Shown piece by piece: positions 41,698 to 55,127 of a stretch of 64,000 nt of DNA. This stretch comes from an uncultured Candidatus Rokubacteria bacterium. GTDB taxonomy: Bacteria > Methylomirabilota > Methylomirabilia > Rokubacteriales > CSP1-6. The stretch is from positions 352,001 to 416,000 of the forward strand of contig CAWBMV010000012.1 in assembly GCA_963789955.1 (NCBI GenBank). The letters are read 5' to 3'. The translations under genes and the position numbers were made by a program. A model generated the notes under the pieces. The model was not told the DNA's origin. It saw nothing but the letters and a program-made list of their open reading frames with translations, and searched no databases. The stretch's first letter is position 1. Each line of letters opens with the position of its first letter.

Positions 41698-43532
41698 CCG
41701 TCGCCTCGACGCGGGGCCGCTCCTCTGCGACGGCGCGATGGGCACCTTGCTCTACTCGCGCGGGGTCTCGCTCGACGCGTGCTTCGACGTCCTCAACCTG
41801 AACAATCCTCGGGTCGTCCAGTCGATCCACGCCGACTACATCGCCGCGGGCGCCGATTGCATCGAGACCAACACGTTCGGCGCCAACCGGTTCAAGCTCG
41901 CGGTCCACGGCCTGGACCACCAGGTGCGCGAGATCAATCGGCGTGGTGTCGCGCTCGCGCGCGACGTGCGCGAGAGCTCGGGCCGGGACGTCTTCGTCCT
42001 GGGCTCCATCGGTCCGCTCGGGAAGTACCTGGCGCCGCTCGGCACGGTCACGCCCGACGAGGCGCGGGCGGCGTTTCGTGAGCAGGCCGAAGCCCTCCTC
42101 GAGGGCGGTGTCGACGCGTTCGTGATCGAGACGTTCTCCGACCTGGAGGAGGTCGCGCTCGCCGTGGCGGCCATCCGCGCGATCACCGACGCGCCGATCA
42201 TCGCCCAGATGGCGTTCACCGACGACGGGGTGACCTTCACCGGGCGCCCGGCCGCCGAGGTCGCGCGGGTCCTGCGCGCGCTTGCCCGTTCAGGCGCTCG
42301 GCGCCAACTGCTCGGTCGGCTCGAGCACGCTCTACGAGGTTCTCGAGCAGATGCACGCCGAAGCCGGCCGCGTGCCGCTCTGCATCCAGCCCAACGCCGG
42401 CCTGCCGAGCCGGATCGGCGAGCGCCTCATCTATCTGTCCTCTCCCGCGTATATGGCCGAGTACGCCCAGCGCATGGTCGACGCCGGCGCGCGCCTCGTG
42501 GGCGGATGCTGCGGCACGACGCCCCAGCACATCGCCGCGATGCGCGAGGTGCTCGATCGCCGGCGGCCGGCCCGACCCGAAGCCCGACACGCGCCGGTCA
42601 CGGTCAGCCCGGTCGCGACGGGCCGTGCCCCCGGCCTGCATGTCGCGCGTCCGCCGACCGTGCTCGGGCGCAAGCTCGCCGCGCGCGAGTTCGTCGTGAC
42701 GGTCGAGCTCGATCCGCCGCGGGGCCACACGGTCGAGAAGCTCGTGCAGGGCGCGAAGCTCCTGCGCGAGCGGGGCGTCGACATCGTCGACATCAACGAC
42801 GGCTCGCTCGGCCGGGTCCGCATGGCGGTGCTGCCGACCGCGCTCCTCGTGCGGGACGCGACGGGACTCGACATCAACATGCACTTCACCTGTCGCGACC
42901 GGAATCTCATGGGCATCCAGGGCGATCTGCTGGGCGCCCACGCGCTCGACGTGCGCAACATCTTGGCGATGACCGGCGACCCGCCGCGCGCGGGCGACTA
43001 CGCCAACGCCACGGCCGTCTTCGACGTCGACGGGGTCGGACTCATGGAGATCCTCCGCCGGATGAACGAGGGGCAGGACGCCACTGGGAGCAGCATCGGC
43101 GAGCCGACCTCGTTCTACGTGGGGGCCGCGCTGAACCCGGCCGCCGAGGACGTCCCGCGCGAGATCGACCGCTTCAACCGCAAGGTTCGGGCCGGCGCCC
43201 GATGGATCCAGACCCAGCCCGTGTACGATCTGGCGCAGCTCGATCGTTTCCTCGAGGTCGCGGGCGGCTCGCCCGTTCCGGTTCTGGTCGGCATTCTTCC
43301 GCTCCACAGCGCGCGCCACGCCGAGTTCCTGCACAACGAGGTCCCGGGCATCACGATTCCCGAGGACGTCCGCCGCCGTCTGCGCGAGGCCGGCGACGGC
43401 GCGCTCCGGGTCGGCATCGAGATGGCGCAGGAGCTGGTGCGTGCCGTACGGACGCGTTACGCGGGCGCCTACCTGATGCCCTCGTTCGGCCGATTCGAGG
43501 TCGTCGCGGAGATTCTCGATGCGATCCGCTGA
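41681..43532 (+). CDS. Bifunctional homocysteine S-methyltransferase / methylenetetrahydrofolate reductase, YitJ-like (frameshift near 42285)
   Basis: DGAMGT, GANC, PNAGLP, GGCCGT then VELDPP, HFTCRDRN, TGDPP, TQPVYD, FLHNEVPGI. Confidence 0.92.
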
Positions 43533-44826
43533 CCTGTCCTCGCTCGGCGCTCGCGAAGCGGCGGAGGCGGTTCGCGCGGGTCGCGTGAGCACGGTCGAGC
43601 TGGTCGAGGCGTGCCTGGCGCGGATGCGCGCGCTCGACTCCGAGCTCAAGGCGTGGGCCCACGTCGACGGAGAGGGCGCGCTCGCGGTCGCGCGCGAACG
43701 GGAGTCGGAGGCGCGCGCGGGACGGCTGCGCGGTCCGCTTCACGGCGTTCCGATCGGCGTGAAGGACATCTTCGACGTCGCCGGGATGCCGACCACCGGA
43801 GGCGCGAAATCCTTCGCCCACACGCGGCCGAGCGCCGATGCCGCGTCGGTGGCGCGGATCCGTGCCGCGGGCGCGATCGTGCTCGGGAAGACCGTGACGA
43901 CGGAGTTCGCGTACCGCGATCCGGCGCCGACCCGGAACCCGTGGAACCACGGCCACACGCCCGGCGGCTCGTCGGCGGGCTCGGCCGCCGCCGTCGCGGC
44001 CCGGATGACGCCGCTGGCGCTCGGCTCGCAGACGGTCGGCTCCGTGCTTCGGCCGGCCGCGTATTGCGGCGTCGTCGGGTTCAAGGGCACGCACGGCCTG
44101 GTACCGGTCGCGGGTGTCATCCCGCTCGCGTGGTCGCTCGATCACGTCGGCGTGCTCACCCGTTCGGTCGGCGACGCCGCCCTGGCGATGTCCGTGCTGG
44201 CCGGTCGCGACCTGGAGCCGTCGGCGGTGAGCGCGCCGCGACTCGCGCTGGCTCCCGAGCTGCTCGGCCGTGCGTCGCGTGAGGTCACGGCGCACATCGA
44301 GGCCGTCGCCGACGCGTTTGCCCGCGCGGGGGCGACCGTGTCGAAGGTCGAGCTGCCGGCCTCGTTTCATGATCTCGCCGCGGCGGGGCTCACGGTCCTC
44401 GAAGCCGAGGCCGCGGCCTATCACGAGCCGTGGTTCGGCAAGCACGCCGATCAGTACGGATCGGAGATGCGGAGCCTCATCGAAGCGGGTCTCCGTGTGC
44501 CGGCGACGGCCTATGTCAGCGCCAACCGGGCGCGGCTCGCGTTTCGCGACGACGTGACGCCGCTGCTGGCCGCGCACGATGCGCTCCTGTGCCCGACGGC
44601 GCCGGCGCCTGCGCCGGCGGGCCTGGGCTCGACAGGCGACGGCTCGCTGTGCTCGCCCTGGAGCAGCGCGGGTGTCCCGGCGATCACCCTGCCGAGCGGT
44701 ATCGCCTCCTCCGGGCTGCCCCACGCCATCCAGCTCGTGCAGGCGGCGGGCGCGTCGAGTCGTCTCCTCGGTGTCGCCGCGTGGTGCGAGCGCGTGCTCG
44801 GCTTCACCCGGGTTCCCGGAGGCTAG
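43519..44826 (+). CDS. Amidase signature family protein
   Basis: GVPIGVKD, PGGSSAGSAAAVA, GSQTVGSVLRPAAYCG. Confidence 0.93.
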   Translation: MRSADLSSLGAREAAEAVRAGRVSTVELVEACLARMRALDSELKAWAHVDGEGALAVARERESEARAGRLRGPLHGVPIGVKDIFDVAGMPTTGGAKSFAHTRPSADAASVARIRAAGAIVLGKTVTTEFAYRDPAPTRNPWNHGHTPGGSSAGSAAAVAARMTPLALGSQTVGSVLRPAAYCGVVGFKGTHGLVPVAGVIPLAWSLDHVGVLTRSVGDAALAMSVLAGRDLEPSAVSAPRLALAPELLGRASREVTAHIEAVADAFARAGATVSKVELPASFHDLAAAGLTVLEAEAAAYHEPWFGKHADQYGSEMRSLIEAGLRVPATAYVSANRARLAFRDDVTPLLAAHDALLCPTAPAPAPAGLGSTGDGSLCSPWSSAGVPAITLPSGIASSGLPHAIQLVQAAGASSRLLGVAAWCERVLGFTRVPGG

Positions 44827-44835
44827 CGCCGCCGC

Positions 44836-46431
44836 GTGCTGGACCTGAAAATCGAGGGCGCACAGCTCATCGACGGCACCGGGCGACCGGGCAATCGCAC
44901 GGACGTCGGGATCAAGGACGACAAGATCGCGGCCATCGGCGACCTGCATCGCGAGCCGGCGGGCCGCAACCTGCACGCGTCGGGCAAGGTCGTGGCGCCC
45001 GGCTTCATCGACATGCACTCGCACTCCGACTGGCGGCTGTGGGACAACCGGCGAGCCGAGTCGAAGGTGAGGCAGGGCGTGACCACGGAGGTCGTCGGCA
45101 ACTGCGGCTTTTCTCCGGCGCCCGTGTCGACGGAGTTCCTGGACGATCTCCGAGGGTTCGCGCTGCACGTCCCGGCGAGCATGGATTTCCGCTGGCGCTC
45201 GGTCGGCGAGTACCTGAAAGCGTTCGACACCAGCGGTACGGCGCTCAACGTGATCCAGCTGATCGGCCACGGCACCCTGCGGATCGCCGCGATGGGCTTC
45301 GCGCGGCGTGAGCCGACCGCCACCGAGCTCAGCCGGATGCAACGCTATATCGCCGACGGGATCGAGGATGGGGCCTGGGGGCTCTCTACCGGCCTCATCT
45401 ACGCTCCGGGCTCGTACGCCACGACCGATGAGATCGTCACCTTGGCGGCCACCGCCTCGCGCCATCGCGGCTTCTACGCGAGCCATATCCGCGGGGAAGG
45501 CGCGACCTTGCTGGACGCCATCCGCGAAGCGATCCACGTCGGGCGCGAGGGCGACCTGCCGGTCCAGATCAGTCACGTGAAGGCCGCGGGACGGCCGAAC
45601 TGGGGCAAGGTCGCCGAGGCCCTCCAGCTCATCGACGAGGCGCGGGCCGAGGGGCTCGACGTGATGGCGGACGTCTATCCCTACACGGCCTCGAGCACGA
45701 CGCTCCGGACGCTCTTGCCGGACTGGGCGCTCGAGGGCGGGATCGACGCCATGCTCAAGCGTCTCGCCGATCCGCAGGAGCGTGAGCGAATCCGCCGCGA
45801 CATCGAGTCGCCCGAGGTTGGCCAGGGCCTCCTCGACCGGATCGGCTGGGAGAACGTCATGGTGGCCTCCTGCGGGCGGCGCAAGGACGCGGAGGGCAAG
45901 CGCATCTCGGAGATCGCGGCGAGTCGCGGGATCGACCCGCTCGACGCCTCGATCGAGCTGATCGTCGCCGAGGGCGGCAAGGGGTATATGATCCTCTTCC
46001 AGCTCGACGAGCGCGATCTTCGCCGTGCGCTGACTCACCCCGCGGTGATGATCGGATCCGACGGTTCGGCGCTCGCGCCGTACGGCGAGCTGGCGGTCGG
46101 CAAGCCGCACCCCAGGAGCTATGGCACGTTCCCGCGCGTTCTGGGCGAGTACGCACGTGAGCAGCGCGTGCTGAGCCTGCCCCAGGCGATCCACAAGATG
46201 ACTCAGCTGCCGGCCCGCCGCCTCGGGCTGAAAGACCGCGGTGTCGTCACCGTGGGCGCTCGCGCCGATCTCGTCGTGTTCGACGCGCGCAAGGTCGCCG
46301 ACCGCGCCACCTACCAGGAGCCGCACCAGTACCCGTCGGGCATCGAGCACGTGCTGGTGAACGGCCGCTTCGTCATCAAGGACGGCCAGCACACCGGAAG
46401 CCTCCCGGGCCGATTGCTGACGCCGCCATGA
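44836..46431 (+). CDS. N-acyl-D-amino-acid deacylase family amidohydrolase
   Basis: PGFIDMHSH, GNCG, STGLIY, HIRGE, HPRSYGTFPR, ADLVVFD. Confidence 0.93.
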   Translation: MLDLKIEGAQLIDGTGRPGNRTDVGIKDDKIAAIGDLHREPAGRNLHASGKVVAPGFIDMHSHSDWRLWDNRRAESKVRQGVTTEVVGNCGFSPAPVSTEFLDDLRGFALHVPASMDFRWRSVGEYLKAFDTSGTALNVIQLIGHGTLRIAAMGFARREPTATELSRMQRYIADGIEDGAWGLSTGLIYAPGSYATTDEIVTLAATASRHRGFYASHIRGEGATLLDAIREAIHVGREGDLPVQISHVKAAGRPNWGKVAEALQLIDEARAEGLDVMADVYPYTASSTTLRTLLPDWALEGGIDAMLKRLADPQERERIRRDIESPEVGQGLLDRIGWENVMVASCGRRKDAEGKRISEIAASRGIDPLDASIELIVAEGGKGYMILFQLDERDLRRALTHPAVMIGSDGSALAPYGELAVGKPHPRSYGTFPRVLGEYAREQRVLSLPQAIHKMTQLPARRLGLKDRGVVTVGARADLVVFDARKVADRATYQEPHQYPSGIEHVLVNGRFVIKDGQHTGSLPGRLLTPP

Positions 46432-46435
46432 CGTC

Positions 46436-49400
46436 GTGAAGAACGAGCGAGCGCTCCGGAATCTGGTGACGCCGATCTTCTCGGCGCCCACGGTGGCCGA
46501 CGGCCTCGTCACGACTCTGCGCCGCGTTGTGGAGCTGACCGGCGCGACGGCCGGCGCGATCGCGTTCAGGCCGCGATGCCAGGAGCCGATCGTCGTCACG
46601 GCCGGCGCCAAGCGCTCGCCGGCCGCACTGCGGGAGTGGCTGACGACGGTCGCGGCGACGCCCGCGGCCCGCCCGCAGCTCACGCGCGTCGTTCCGCCGG
46701 GCGCGCCGGCGAGCGGCGGGTCGGCGTTGCTCCGGACGCCGCTCGGCTCCCCGAGCCGCCGCGTCGGCGAGCTCGTCCTCGTCGGTCGCGTCGGCGCCCT
46801 CAAGGCGACGGCGCTGCCCGCGGACCTGCCGCAGGAGCTGGGCGCGGCGCTCGAGCAGCTCGGCGAGCGCGAGCAGCGGGTGAGTCGCGAGGCGGCGGTC
46901 GCCGAGATCACCCGCGTGCTCACGGCGCGACACACGATCGACGACCTGTTCGCCGCCTTCGCCGGGGGCGCCGCGAAGCTCGTGCGGTTCGACCTGCTCA
47001 CCGTGGCGCTGCTCGACGGCCGAGCGGCGTGAGTTCGAGCTCGTCAACGTGACGCCGCGCACGCCGGCGACGCCGAGGCCGCGCGAGCGGTGGATGCCGC
47101 TCGAGGGCACCCTGCTGGCGCGCGTCGTGGCCGACGGCGCGCCGATCCGGATCGACGACGTCGAGCGCGAGCAGGTGCCCGAGGTGAGCCGCCGGATTCT
47201 CGCCGCGGGCGCCTTCCGCGCGGTCGTGTTCGTCCCGCTGGTGTGCGGCGGCCAGGTCCTCGGCGCGGTCGTGCTCGCCGCGAACCGGCCCCGCGCGTTC
47301 ACCGACGCGGACGTCGAGACGATCGCCGACCTCGGGCGCCCGCTGGCCCTCGGGATCGAACAATGGCGTCTCGCCGAAGAGAGCCGGCGCCGGACCGACG
47401 AGCTGGCGGCGCTACACGCGACCAGTCAGCTCATCACCGCGCGCCTCGACGTGGCGTCGGTCCTCGATCGGATCAGCCTCTCGGTCCCGGCGCTGATCGG
47501 GGCCAGCGGGTGCGGGATCGCGCTCTTCAACAGCGAGCGGACGCACGTCGTGCAGGCGGCCGCTCACGGCGTTCAGAGCGAGGAGTGGCGCACGCTCTCG
47601 GTGCCGATCGGCGAGGGGATCATCGGCCGCGTGGCGGCCGAGGGCGTCGCGATCCGCGTGGGTGACGTGCAGAGCGACGTGCGCTCGGCGCAGCGTGAGG
47701 TGGACGCGCGCGAAGGGATCCGTGCGCTGCTGTGCGTTCCCCTGAAGGTCGTGGGCGCGGTCATCGGCGTGGTCTCGGCCTTCTCGACGCGGCCCCGCAG
47801 CTTCACGGCGCATCACCAGCGCGTCCTGGAAGCCTTCGCCGAGCACGCCGGCATTGCGATCCACGGCGCGCGGCTCTTCGACGAGAGCGTGCGCGGCGCG
47901 CGCGAGACGCGCGCGCTCCTCGAGGCCGGGCGCGCCGTCACGGCGAGCCTCGACGTCGGCCGAACGATCCGGATGATCCTCGAAGAGGCGCGAGGCGTGC
48001 TCGGGGTCGACTCGTGCAGCGTCTCGACCTTCGATCCGCCGACCAACGAGCTGGTCATGGTCGCGAGCCTCGATGTCCCGCAGGAGCTGGTGTCGACGGT
48101 CCGACTGCGTCTGGGCGAAGGCGTGGCCGGGCGCGCGGTGCAGGAGCGGCGTCCGATGCAGAGCAGCGACCTCTGGGCGGACCAGCGCAACAAGTATCCG
48201 TCATCTGGCGCGAAAGGGCGGCTTCCGCTCGATGCTCGTCGGTCCCGCTCTGTGCGGCGATCAGACGATCGGCGCCATCAGCGTCTTGCGGCGCGACGTC
48301 CACGAGTTCTCGGCGCACGAAGAGGAGCTCCTGGTGGCGCTGGCTGACCAGGCGGCGATCGCCCTGGAGCACGCGCGCCTCTACACCGAGCTCGAGGCCA
48401 TGGTCGCCGACCGTACCCGGGAGCTCGACACCCAGAAACGGTTCGTCGAGGTGGTCCTGGAGACGCTTCCGCTCGGCGTGTTCGTCGTGGACACCGATCT
48501 GAACGTGGTCCGGGTCAACTCGGCGGGTGGCCGTGCCCTCGCCGGCGACGCGGGCGTGCGCGGGCCGCTGGCCCGGCTGCTGCCGACCGACAAGGTGGAG
48601 CCGATCGAGAGCCTGCTGCGGGACGCCTTCCGGATGCGGCGTGTCGGCTCGATCGAGGAGGAGATGGTCGTCGCGGGCGACGCCAAGATCTTTCGCCTGA
48701 CCGCGGCGCCGGTCGAGGCCGCCAGCGATCGCGGCGCCCATGCCGTGCTCCTGGTCGAGGACGTGACGCTCGCGAAGCGGCTCGAGCGCCAGATGCTGCT
48801 GACCGAGCGGCTCACGACCGCCGGACGCCTCGCGGCCGGCGTCGCGCACGAGCTGAACAACCCGCTGGCGACGATCGCCGGATGCGCCGAATCGCTCCAC
48901 GGGCGGCTGGACGAGGGCGATCCGGCCGGGCTGTCCGAGCCGGCGGACTTCCGCCACTATCTGCGGCTCATCGAGGAAGAGGCGTATCGCTGTAAAGAAA
49001 TCACCGGAAGCCTGCTACAGTTCGTCCGTGATCCCGGGAGCCAGCGGAGCGCGACCGATCTGAACGGTGTCGTCCTGAAGGCCGCGGAGCTTCTGGCTCA
49101 CCAGTCCCGCTTCGCGCGGAGCCGGGTGGTGACCGAGCTCGATGCCGACCTGCCGACGGTCGCGGTGAACGAAGGCCAGCTCCGCCAGGTGTGTCTCGGG
49201 CTAGCCTCGAACGCGCTCGAAGCGATGGAGGGCCGTGGCACCTTGATCATCCGATCGCGTCGGACCCGCGACGAAGTCGAGATCGAGCTGGAGGACGAAG
49301 GCCCGGGGATCCCCGACCGAGAACCTCGGTCGGATCTTCGATCCGTTCTTCACGACCAAGCCTCCCGGGCAGGGGACGGGGCTCGGCCTCGCGATCGCCC

Positions 49401-49485
49401 AGGGCATCGTGAACGATCACGGCGGTCGAATCGAGGTCAGCTCCGTTGTCGGCAAGGGCAGCGTCTTCCGCGTGGTGCTGCCGCT

Positions 49486-49489
<4 letters not shown>
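46436..49489 (+). CDS. Multi-GAF/PAS sensor histidine kinase (frameshifts near 47025, 48205 and 49320)
   Basis: Several GAF segments, [36 protein letters not shown]. Confidence 0.88.
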
Positions 49490-50839
<1,350 letters not shown>

Positions 50840-51009
50840 CGGCCGGCGGGTGACGCGCGGCAACAAAGCGCGTCGCCTAGTTGCGCGTCGCCTCAGCCTG
50901 TGTACACTGAATGCGTCCGCCGCTTTGGGCGGACCTCGCCTCCGATGAAAGTGACCTTCCGCGTTCGCGGGGCGTGCAAGAGAGCGGAAGACAGTCCGAG
51001 GGGGTTCCG

Positions 51010-51399
51010 ATGGCATCTAAACTCTATATAGGCGGTCTTGCGTACTCCACGACCAGCGAAGGGCTCCGGGAGTTCTTCACACAGTGCGGTAACGTTCTTT
51101 CCGCAACCGTGATCACCGATCGATTCTCCGGGCAGTCCCGGGGATTCGGGTTCGTCGAGATGAACACGGCAGAGGAGGCCACGGCTTCGATTTCTCAGCT
51201 CAACGGGCGCGAGCTCGACGGCCGGAGAATCACGGTGGAGATCTCGAATCCGCAGGCTGCCCGCACGGGTGGCGGCGGCGGTGGCGGCAATCGGCCGGGA
51301 GGCGGCGGCCGCCCGGGCGGTGGTGGACGGGGACCCGGTGGCGGCGGCGGGCGGGACAGCGGGTACGCGCATCGGCCGTCCAAGCCCGTGAAGTGGTAA
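51010..51399 (+). CDS. RRM RNA-binding protein with Gly-rich tail
   Basis: KLYIGGL, RGFGFVEM, GGGGRP repeats. Confidence 0.95.
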   Translation: MASKLYIGGLAYSTTSEGLREFFTQCGNVLSATVITDRFSGQSRGFGFVEMNTAEEATASISQLNGRELDGRRITVEISNPQAARTGGGGGGGNRPGGGGRPGGGGRGPGGGGGRDSGYAHRPSKPVKW

Positions 51400-51419
51400 G
51401 ACCGACACGATGAGGCGGG

Positions 51420-51485
51420 AGCCTCGGTCACGACCGAGGCTGCCGCAATCGTAGGCACGCGGGGGTCAGCCAACAGGCTGACCCC
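51420..51485. terminator. Two tandem hairpins between convergent genes
   Basis: agcctcggt-cacg-accgaggct (51420-51441) and ggggtcagcc-aaca-ggctgacccc (51462-51485). Confidence 0.6.
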
Positions 51486-51537
51486 GGTGTCGTTTTACCG
51501 ACCGGCGTGCCTCGAGCGCAGGCGACGAGCACCGGCT

Positions 51538-53409
51538 TCAGGCGGTCGGCGCGGGCTCGGCCCCGTCGAAGATCCGGTCGTAGCGCCCGTACTCGCGGGC
51601 GGCGTCCATGAACCACTTCACGATCTCGGCGTCGGAGCGCGGCGGGATCTCACAGGACGTCGACAGGATGAAGGCGGACTGCTTCGCCGCCGCGTCGATA
51701 CACCGCCGCACGTCGGCGACCATCGCCTCCTTCGTCGAGCGCTCGAACTTCGTCGCGTCCACGTTCCCGATCGCCACCGCCCGCCCCTTCGAGACCTCCA
51801 TGAACCGCGTGAGCTGGTCCACGTAGAGGGTTGGATCCCCCTGCTGGTCGAGATCGAACGAGATCGTCGTGAAGCCACAGCGGAGCAGGTCCTCGTAGAT
51901 CGGATAGGTCGTGCCGCAGATGTGCGTCGTCACGCCGACCTTCTTGGCCTTGAAGTGGTCGACGAGCTCCTTGTGATACGGCGCGACGAAGTCCCGGTAG
52001 TTGTCGGGAGAGATCAGGCTGATCGACGCGGTCGGCTCCGAGAACGAGAGGCCGATCCCGGTCTTGGCGATGGCGTCGCCCCACAGCTTGCAGAAGTCGG
52101 TCGCGACCCGCATCAGGTCGTGGATGAACTGCGGGTCCTCGAACGTGTCGAGCAGCATCGTCTCGGGGTTGCGCAGCAGCATCGCGATCGTCCACGGACC
52201 GACAGCGACCGCCCCGAGGGCCGTCGGCGGCTTCGCTTTCACCAGCGCCTCGCACTGCTCGAGAAACCCGGGAAGCCGCGCGGTCTTGTAGGGGTCGGGC
52301 ATGGTGAGCTTCGCCAGCTTGCTCTTGTCCTCGTGCAGGACGTGCTGGTCGATCGACGGCACGACGTAGTCCGAGTACTTCACGCGGCAGCCGAAGGCTT
52401 CCGCTTCCTTCGCGAGGTCGTTGTAGGCCAGGACCACGTCGGGCTGATAGCGCTCGTAGTAGTTCAACATCGCCGTGATCGCCTTCGGCACGTTGGTGCA
52501 GTACTCCTCGATCGACAGGCCGTCGAGCGTGCCGGCGAACGAGGCGACGATCGGATAGACCGGCACGCGATCCGCGAACGACCGGCGATAGGCGGCCACC
52601 ACCCGATCACGGTTCGTGAACTGCGACCGGCCGTGCTCGACCTCCCAGATCCGGCTGGCCTCCATGTACTTCGGCGGCAGCTTGGCCTCGTACTCGAGGA
52701 ACTGGGTGATCGGGTAGCGGATCCCACCGTTGTGGGTGCCCTTGAGGCCCTCGATGATCTCTTCCATCTGACCCCACGGAATCGTGAAGGCCATCTCGTG
52801 GTCCTGCGTCTGGCCGAAGATCCGATCGCCGGAGCACGGCAGGATCACCTGCGGCTGGTCGGTCCGCATCGTGGTGACGATGATCTCCGAGCAGTCGATG
52901 CGGCCGCCGAAGGCGGAGGTCAGCTTGCCGCCCCGCTTCCAGAGCGCGGCCTGGGTCAGGCGCATCACCTGCGCAGGGTTGGCGTAGATGCAGACCAGGT
53001 GCGGCTCGAACGTCGTGCGATCGAGCGGCGCCACCAGCAAGGTCGAGTACTCGCCCGGCGAGAACTTGTCGACGGCGGCTTCCGAGCGCTGGCCCGCCGA
53101 CTTCGTCTCCGTGTACATGCCCTCGCACAGGGTTCCCGAGTTGTGCAGGTGCGTCGGCTTCTCGAAGCCGAGCGCCGCGATGCCGAGCGAGCAGATGTGA
53201 TCCTCGCGCGTGAGCGCGATCATCCAACCGTAGCGCCGGGCCATGTCGATGACCTGGCAGTTCATGCTGAGCTTCTTGAAATCGCGCGCCGGCCGCCGGG
53301 CTTTCTCGGGGATTTCCTCCCCCGGCCGGAGCATCCGGATCGCCACCGGGAACGTCTGCGGGCGGATGTAGAGCTGGAGCTCCCGGTCAGCCGTCTTGAC
53401 GTCGATCAT
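51538..53409 (-). CDS. DUF169-like domain fused to an MtaA/CmuA (URO-D fold) methyltransferase domain
   Basis: N-terminal TFPVAIR, NCQ, HICSLG, NPAQVMRL, DCS, LPCSGDR; C-terminal DRVPVYP, EAEAFG, GPWTIA, EPTAS, HICG, IGNVD, STSCEIP; GGAGG upstream. Confidence 0.82.
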   Translation of the reverse strand: MIDVKTADRELQLYIRPQTFPVAIRMLRPGEEIPEKARRPARDFKKLSMNCQVIDMARRYGWMIALTREDHICSLGIAALGFEKPTHLHNSGTLCEGMYTETKSAGQRSEAAVDKFSPGEYSTLLVAPLDRTTFEPHLVCIYANPAQVMRLTQAALWKRGGKLTSAFGGRIDCSEIIVTTMRTDQPQVILPCSGDRIFGQTQDHEMAFTIPWGQMEEIIEGLKGTHNGGIRYPITQFLEYEAKLPPKYMEASRIWEVEHGRSQFTNRDRVVAAYRRSFADRVPVYPIVASFAGTLDGLSIEEYCTNVPKAITAMLNYYERYQPDVVLAYNDLAKEAEAFGCRVKYSDYVVPSIDQHVLHEDKSKLAKLTMPDPYKTARLPGFLEQCEALVKAKPPTALGAVAVGPWTIAMLLRNPETMLLDTFEDPQFIHDLMRVATDFCKLWGDAIAKTGIGLSFSEPTASISLISPDNYRDFVAPYHKELVDHFKAKKVGVTTHICGTTYPIYEDLLRCGFTTISFDLDQQGDPTLYVDQLTRFMEVSKGRAVAIGNVDATKFERSTKEAMVADVRRCIDAAAKQSAFILSTSCEIPPRSDAEIVKWFMDAAREYGRYDRIFDGAEPAPTA

Positions 53410-53631
53410 GGGCGCCGCCTCCGGGTGCAGCGTACTACATTTTCCAGGCTCGCCTCGGCCGGCGGGGCCCCCAGGCCCGCGAAGGCAGGCGCCGCTCAGT
53501 CCCTCGCGAAATCCGCTGCAACAGAGGTAGAATACGCGCGCTCCAGCGGGGAGTGCCCGCCGCCGCGGCGTCCCGGGTCCGGCTACACCGGCTGGGGCGC
53601 GGCCGCCGATCACTATCAGAGGAGGGTCCAC

Positions 53632-55069
<1,438 letters not shown>

Positions 55070-55127
55070 CCCCGCGACCGCCCGAGCAGATGCCGATTCA
55101 CTCGCAAACCACCACACGAGGGGAGCT

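Noticed and set aside
43351..47001. 1216-aa minus-strand ORF and similar long antisense ORFs (51487-55146, 13998-15611, 1774-3549)
   Set aside because: Wholly or largely shadow frames of real high-GC genes; Arg/Ala/Pro-rich with no motifs of their own
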